From contig OY782041.1 of the NCBI GenBank assembly GCA_963677595.1, positions 768,001 to 832,000 on the forward strand: 64,000 nucleotides of DNA. The letters run 5' to 3'. The DNA is from Spirochaetia bacterium (GTDB lineage Bacteria; Spirochaetota; Spirochaetia; CAKZLE01). Positions 60,584 to 64,000 of this stretch are shown here, in pieces. The first letter of the stretch is position 1; each line of letters starts with the position of its first letter. The translations under genes were made by a program, and so were the position numbers. Under the pieces are notes generated by a model. The model was not told where the DNA came from and searched no databases. It saw only the letters and a list, made by a program, of their open reading frames with translations.

Positions 60584-61168
60584 CTAGAAGATAGCGAACA
60601 TCGCAGAGACGCCTGCCTTGATCTCAGGGTTCGTGAATAACAGCGCCGGATCGATATCTGCGATATCGGTCAGGCTGTAGCCTGTTGCCATCAGGCCGCT
60701 GATGCCGATGGAGAAGTCTCCCAGCTCCAAGTCAGCAGTCCCCCTGAGGTTCAGTCCCCACTCCATGGGATCCGGTCCGAGGTCGGTCCCGACCTCTTCC
60801 CCGATGTTCACGGTGAAGTTCGGTCCGGCTGAAATACCAAGCCTGAGGATGTTGAACAGTGACAGCGAAAGTCCCGCATTGGCATAGACATCGAGTGCCA
60901 GCTCCTCATCGATTCCCGGGGGAGTGACCAATGCCAGTGCATTGACCTCGATGACGGACAGGTTCATCCGTATGTCAGCCCCGAAGGTGTAGCTGGATGG
61001 GTCCTTCAGCATCTCAGGATTTATTCCCATATTCTCAGCTTCCAGGTCCAGTGTGGTGTTCAGCAGTGCTGCAGGTCCCACACGAAGACCGATCAGATCA
61101 ATAGCGAATATTGATGCTGGGACAAGCATCAACAGCGCCATCATGACGATTACCAGTTTTTTAGCCAT
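60584..61168 (-). CDS. Secreted OMP-like beta-barrel protein, paralog A
   Basis: Signal peptide MAKKLV...SIFA, alternating hydrophobic strands, C-terminal AGVSAMFAIF. Confidence 0.7.
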   Translation of the reverse strand: MAKKLVIVMMALLMLVPASIFAIDLIGLRVGPAALLNTTLDLEAENMGINPEMLKDPSSYTFGADIRMNLSVIEVNALALVTPPGIDEELALDVYANAGLSLSLFNILRLGISAGPNFTVNIGEEVGTDLGPDPMEWGLNLRGTADLELGDFSIGISGLMATGYSLTDIADIDPALLFTNPEIKAGVSAMFAIF

Positions 61169-61291
61169 AATAAGCCCCCTCATTTCCAACTCTTTGGTTA
61201 CTCATAATAACGTTCCATATATATAATCCAATCTGGGCTGGGAAAGTTACACATCTTCAGAATTACGGCAGGTCAGCTTGGCCTCAGGCCG

Positions 61292-61321
61292 AAAAAAAGG
61301 CACATCCGAAGATGTGTCTTT
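61292..61321 (-). terminator. Intrinsic terminator with UUCG loop
   Basis: AAAGACACATC-TTCG-GATGTGCC-T7. Confidence 0.85.
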
Positions 61322-61341
61322 CTCTCATGCAGGTATGCTGC

Positions 61342-61887
61342 CTAGAGCTGGAAGAGTGCGGAGACACCGACGATACCGCCGATATCATTCTCGTCAACGA
61401 CTGCTTCAGGATCATCAGTATATCCCATGACATAGCTGCTGAGGATGAACGGCCCGAGGATCAGGTCAGCATTGACCTTTGCATTGTATGCCAAGATAAC
61501 ACCATCTGTAAAATCAGTCAAATAGTTCGCTCCGACTCCAGCACCAAGACCGATGATCCCGAGATCCAGGTAGAGGCCTGCATCAGCCATGCCCATTAGG
61601 ACTCCCAGGTCACTATCATAGAATGCAAGATTACTGATCTGGAACAGGCTGAAATCGAGTCTCAGTTCAGCCCCATACATCAGGTCTTCAGCGGTGATCT
61701 GTTCAGCGATCAGATCAGCATTGTCTATAATATCACCAAGGGAAACAGGTACCAGATCATTATACTCATCATATTGCATTGGCATAAGCATTGCGGTAGC
61801 ACCGATCGACAGTCCGTCCCCTGCGAAGACTGCAGCAGGGATAGCCAGCATCACAGCTATCATGATAATTACTATTCTCTTCTTCAT
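61342..61887 (-). CDS. Secreted OMP-like beta-barrel protein, paralog B
   Basis: Signal peptide MKKRIV...AVFA; C-terminal VGVSALFQL. Confidence 0.72.
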   Translation of the reverse strand: MKKRIVIIMIAVMLAIPAAVFAGDGLSIGATAMLMPMQYDEYNDLVPVSLGDIIDNADLIAEQITAEDLMYGAELRLDFSLFQISNLAFYDSDLGVLMGMADAGLYLDLGIIGLGAGVGANYLTDFTDGVILAYNAKVNADLILGPFILSSYVMGYTDDPEAVVDENDIGGIVGVSALFQL

Positions 61888-61946
61888 TTTCTTCCTCCCA
61901 AACTATTTACTCATTTTTTCTTAGTAACTTTCTCTCAAAGGTTATA

Positions 61947-61970
61947 CAACGATACAGACAAAACGTTACA
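61947..61970 (-). promoter_or_regulatory. ECF-type promoter TGTAAC-N13-CGTTG
   Basis: Motif shared with 16781-16805 and 62880-62904. Confidence 0.55.
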
Positions 61971-62130
61971 AAATTGTATGCATGATTTGATGAAAGTTAC
62001 ATTGCTCATTGATACCTATTATACATATGCTTTTGAATATAGCAAGAAAATATTCAGATGCCGAGTATTTCAGTAAGGAAATTCATGCAGTACCGATAGG
62101 AATCAGTCAAGTTCCCATCAATAACGACAA

Positions 62131-62174
62131 AGGAGCTGCTGCGGAAAGGTATGTGCCTTTCCGCAGCAGCTCCT
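62131..62174. terminator. Perfect 19-bp stem-loop downstream of paralog C
   Basis: AGGAGCTGCTGCGGAAAGG-tatgtg-CCTTTCCGCAGCAGCTCCT. Confidence 0.75.
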
Positions 62175-62198
62175 CATTCACCAGGTATGATCCCTATC

Positions 62199-62798
62199 CT
62201 ACAGCTGGAAGAGGACCGACACCCCTGCCCTACCCGTCATATTCCCCAGGTCGGGATTGTCTATAAATTTCTTAATATCCTTGGTATAGCCCATGAAGTA
62301 GGCACTGAAGACAGTCTCCCCCAAGATGATATCAGCTTCGGCTTTCACGTTATAGCCCCACCGGTAAGCCTCTACATCCTCATGATGCCCTTTGTCATTA
62401 ATAACGATCAGGTATTTCGGCCCTGCTCCGAGCCCAAGCCCGACAAGTCCGAGGTCCGCATAGAGCCCGACATTCGCAGATGCCTCGATGGAAGGCCCTA
62501 TATCCAAAGCTTCAATCACTATGTTCCCATACTGGTCATACACATCAATGATCGTCTTTGGTAGATAGATCCCGTTCACACTCGCCTGAAGAATACCGAA
62601 ATCGATCCTGGCCTCTGCTCCGAGTGTGAAGTCTTTTGGATCCGGTTTGATTGTATCGATCTTATCTATCAGTTCATTGAACGTCATCGGGGCATTATAG
62701 AGAGCCGTAGGGCCCACCCAGATGCCGTCGCCGGCGAATACCGCAAATGAAACCAGCAGCATGCATACTGCCAGTACTGTGATCCTGATCTTGTTCAT
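62199..62798 (-). CDS. Secreted OMP-like beta-barrel protein, paralog C
   Basis: Signal peptide ...AVFA-GDG; C-terminal AGVSVLFQL; aligns by eye with paralogs A and B. Confidence 0.72.
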   Translation of the reverse strand: MNKIRITVLAVCMLLVSFAVFAGDGIWVGPTALYNAPMTFNELIDKIDTIKPDPKDFTLGAEARIDFGILQASVNGIYLPKTIIDVYDQYGNIVIEALDIGPSIEASANVGLYADLGLVGLGLGAGPKYLIVINDKGHHEDVEAYRWGYNVKAEADIILGETVFSAYFMGYTKDIKKFIDNPDLGNMTGRAGVSVLFQL

Positions 62799-62879
62799 AA
62801 CTCATTCCTCCATCCGGTATGCTGCCTAAGCGACAACATACTCCCTATAAAAAATACTCATTCCCTCTTGTCCATTAGA

Positions 62880-62904
62880 CAACCGAACCGGGGTTCATGT
62901 TACA
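62880..62904 (-). promoter_or_regulatory. ECF-type promoter TGTAAC-N14-GGTTG
   Basis: Motif shared with the other two sites. Confidence 0.5.
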
Positions 62905-62944
62905 AAATAGTGTATCTTCTGTCGTCTTCCGGTATAATACAGCT

Positions 62945-64000
62945 ATGACACGAAGACTCAGTCTTATTGCAGGGATGGTGATGATCATGGGCTTCAGCCT
63001 CATCTCAACAGGATGCTATATCCTCTCACAGAGCGGCACCTACCTCTCAGACCGTATGCAGGCGCGTCCTGTAGAGAAGGTACTGGCTGATGAAGCAGTA
63101 TCAGAAGAGACGAGAGAGTTCCTCAATACTGTGGGGGATATCATCTCGTTTGCCGTCAACGACCTCGGCCTGCAGGAATCGAAGAACTACACGAAGTATA
63201 CCGAGCTCGATCGGGAGCATCTCGCCTATATTGTCTACGCCTCCGATGAACTTGCTTTCAACCAGTACATGTGGGATTACCCCTTCCTCGGAAAGCTTCC
63301 CTACCAGGGCTACTTCAGCCTGGAATCGGCACGGAAGACTGAAGGGAAGCTGCAGGAGGAAGGGTATGACACCTTCGTCAGCATCGTCGATGGCTTCAGC
63401 TCCCTCGGCTTCTTCACCGACCCGCTCTATTCATTCATGAAGGAGTATTCCCTCTACCGGCTGGCAAACCTCATCATCCATGAACAGACCCATGCCACCA
63501 TCTGGGTGAAGAAGGATGTCGCGTTCAATGAACGGCTGGCTTCCTTCGTCGGGGATACCGGGGCCAAGCTCTATATAGAGAAGCGCTTCGGGAAGTCCTC
63601 TCCTGAGTATGAGGAGATCTTCAGCAGGGAGGCGGACCGGGAACGCTTCCTATCGAAGATGGGGGAACTGAGAGGCGAGCTGGAAACGGTATACACAGAT
63701 ACCTCCCTGACTGAGGAAGCCAAACGGGAGAAAAAGGGGGATGTGATCACCCTCTTCCAAGAGGATCTCAGATCAAGGTATGATGAGGAGTTCAAGACCG
63801 ATGCATACCGCTCCATACCTGATATGACGCTGAACAACGCATACATCGGGCTCTACCATGTCTACTATGGGGATGATACGGTCTTCAAGGACCTGCTCAG
63901 CCACTTCGGCAATGACCTCGGCCGGTTCATCACGGCCCTGAAGCCGCTGGACCGGACGAAGGATGATCCCTACAAGGTCATCGGTTCGATAACCGAGGGT
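62945..64000 (+). CDS. Predicted zinc aminopeptidase lipoprotein (3' truncated by window edge)
   Basis: Not in the ORF track because it has no stop in the window; MTRRLSL...STG-C lipobox, PYQGYF, LIIHEQTHAT (HEXXH), FNERLA. Confidence 0.82.
   Translation, partial: MTRRLSLIAGMVMIMGFSLISTGCYILSQSGTYLSDRMQARPVEKVLADEAVSEETREFLNTVGDIISFAVNDLGLQESKNYTKYTELDREHLAYIVYASDELAFNQYMWDYPFLGKLPYQGYFSLESARKTEGKLQEEGYDTFVSIVDGFSSLGFFTDPLYSFMKEYSLYRLANLIIHEQTHATIWVKKDVAFNERLASFVGDTGAKLYIEKRFGKSSPEYEEIFSREADRERFLSKMGELRGELETVYTDTSLTEEAKREKKGDVITLFQEDLRSRYDEEFKTDAYRSIPDMTLNNAYIGLYHVYYGDDTVFKDLLSHFGNDLGRFITALKPLDRTKDDPYKVIGSITEG

Noticed and set aside
62131-62174. 19-bp perfect inverted repeat as a MITE or REP element
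   Set aside because: Single copy in the window, no TSD, and positioned just after a stop codon, so best explained as a terminator or stabilising hairpin

Overview
Chromosomal window from a GC-rich spirochaete-like bacterium (probably Sphaerochaetaceae-like; this is inferred from gene style, the pyrB-pyrI fusion and the clade-X PFK). Contents in order: (1) a convergent two-operon carbohydrate catabolism island (DeoR, SgcQ/BtpA, M29 peptidase and FGGY kinase, facing an LsrB/RbsB-like ABC transporter, DhaKL and an ureidoglycolate-lyase-like gene; divergent LacI); (2) a GAF-PAS histidine kinase with a degenerate ATPase domain plus a REC-HD-GYP regulator; (3) a candidate sRNA with two anti-Shine-Dalgarno loops and an ECF-type promoter; (4) an IS1634-family element flanked by a 564-bp direct repeat that duplicates the pfk 3' end; (5) pfk, a ModE-like gene, an aminotransferase and ligA; (6) a xanthine-dehydrogenase-like trio lacking Moco motifs, upstream of dnaE-yggT-recG-rsmD; (7) gatCAB-aspS; (8) a small island with 43-bp direct repeats, an orphan AbiEi-like gene and a second IS with a 6-bp TSD; (9) TetR, an MFP-RND-lipoprotein-TolC operon and a two-component system; (10) a pyr operon with two gene fusions and an attenuator-like leader; (11) three tandem paralogous OMP-like genes that share the sRNA's TGTAAC promoter motif; (12) a partial HEXXH aminopeptidase. 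No rRNA, tRNA or CRISPR array was seen. All calls are by eye, without database searches.
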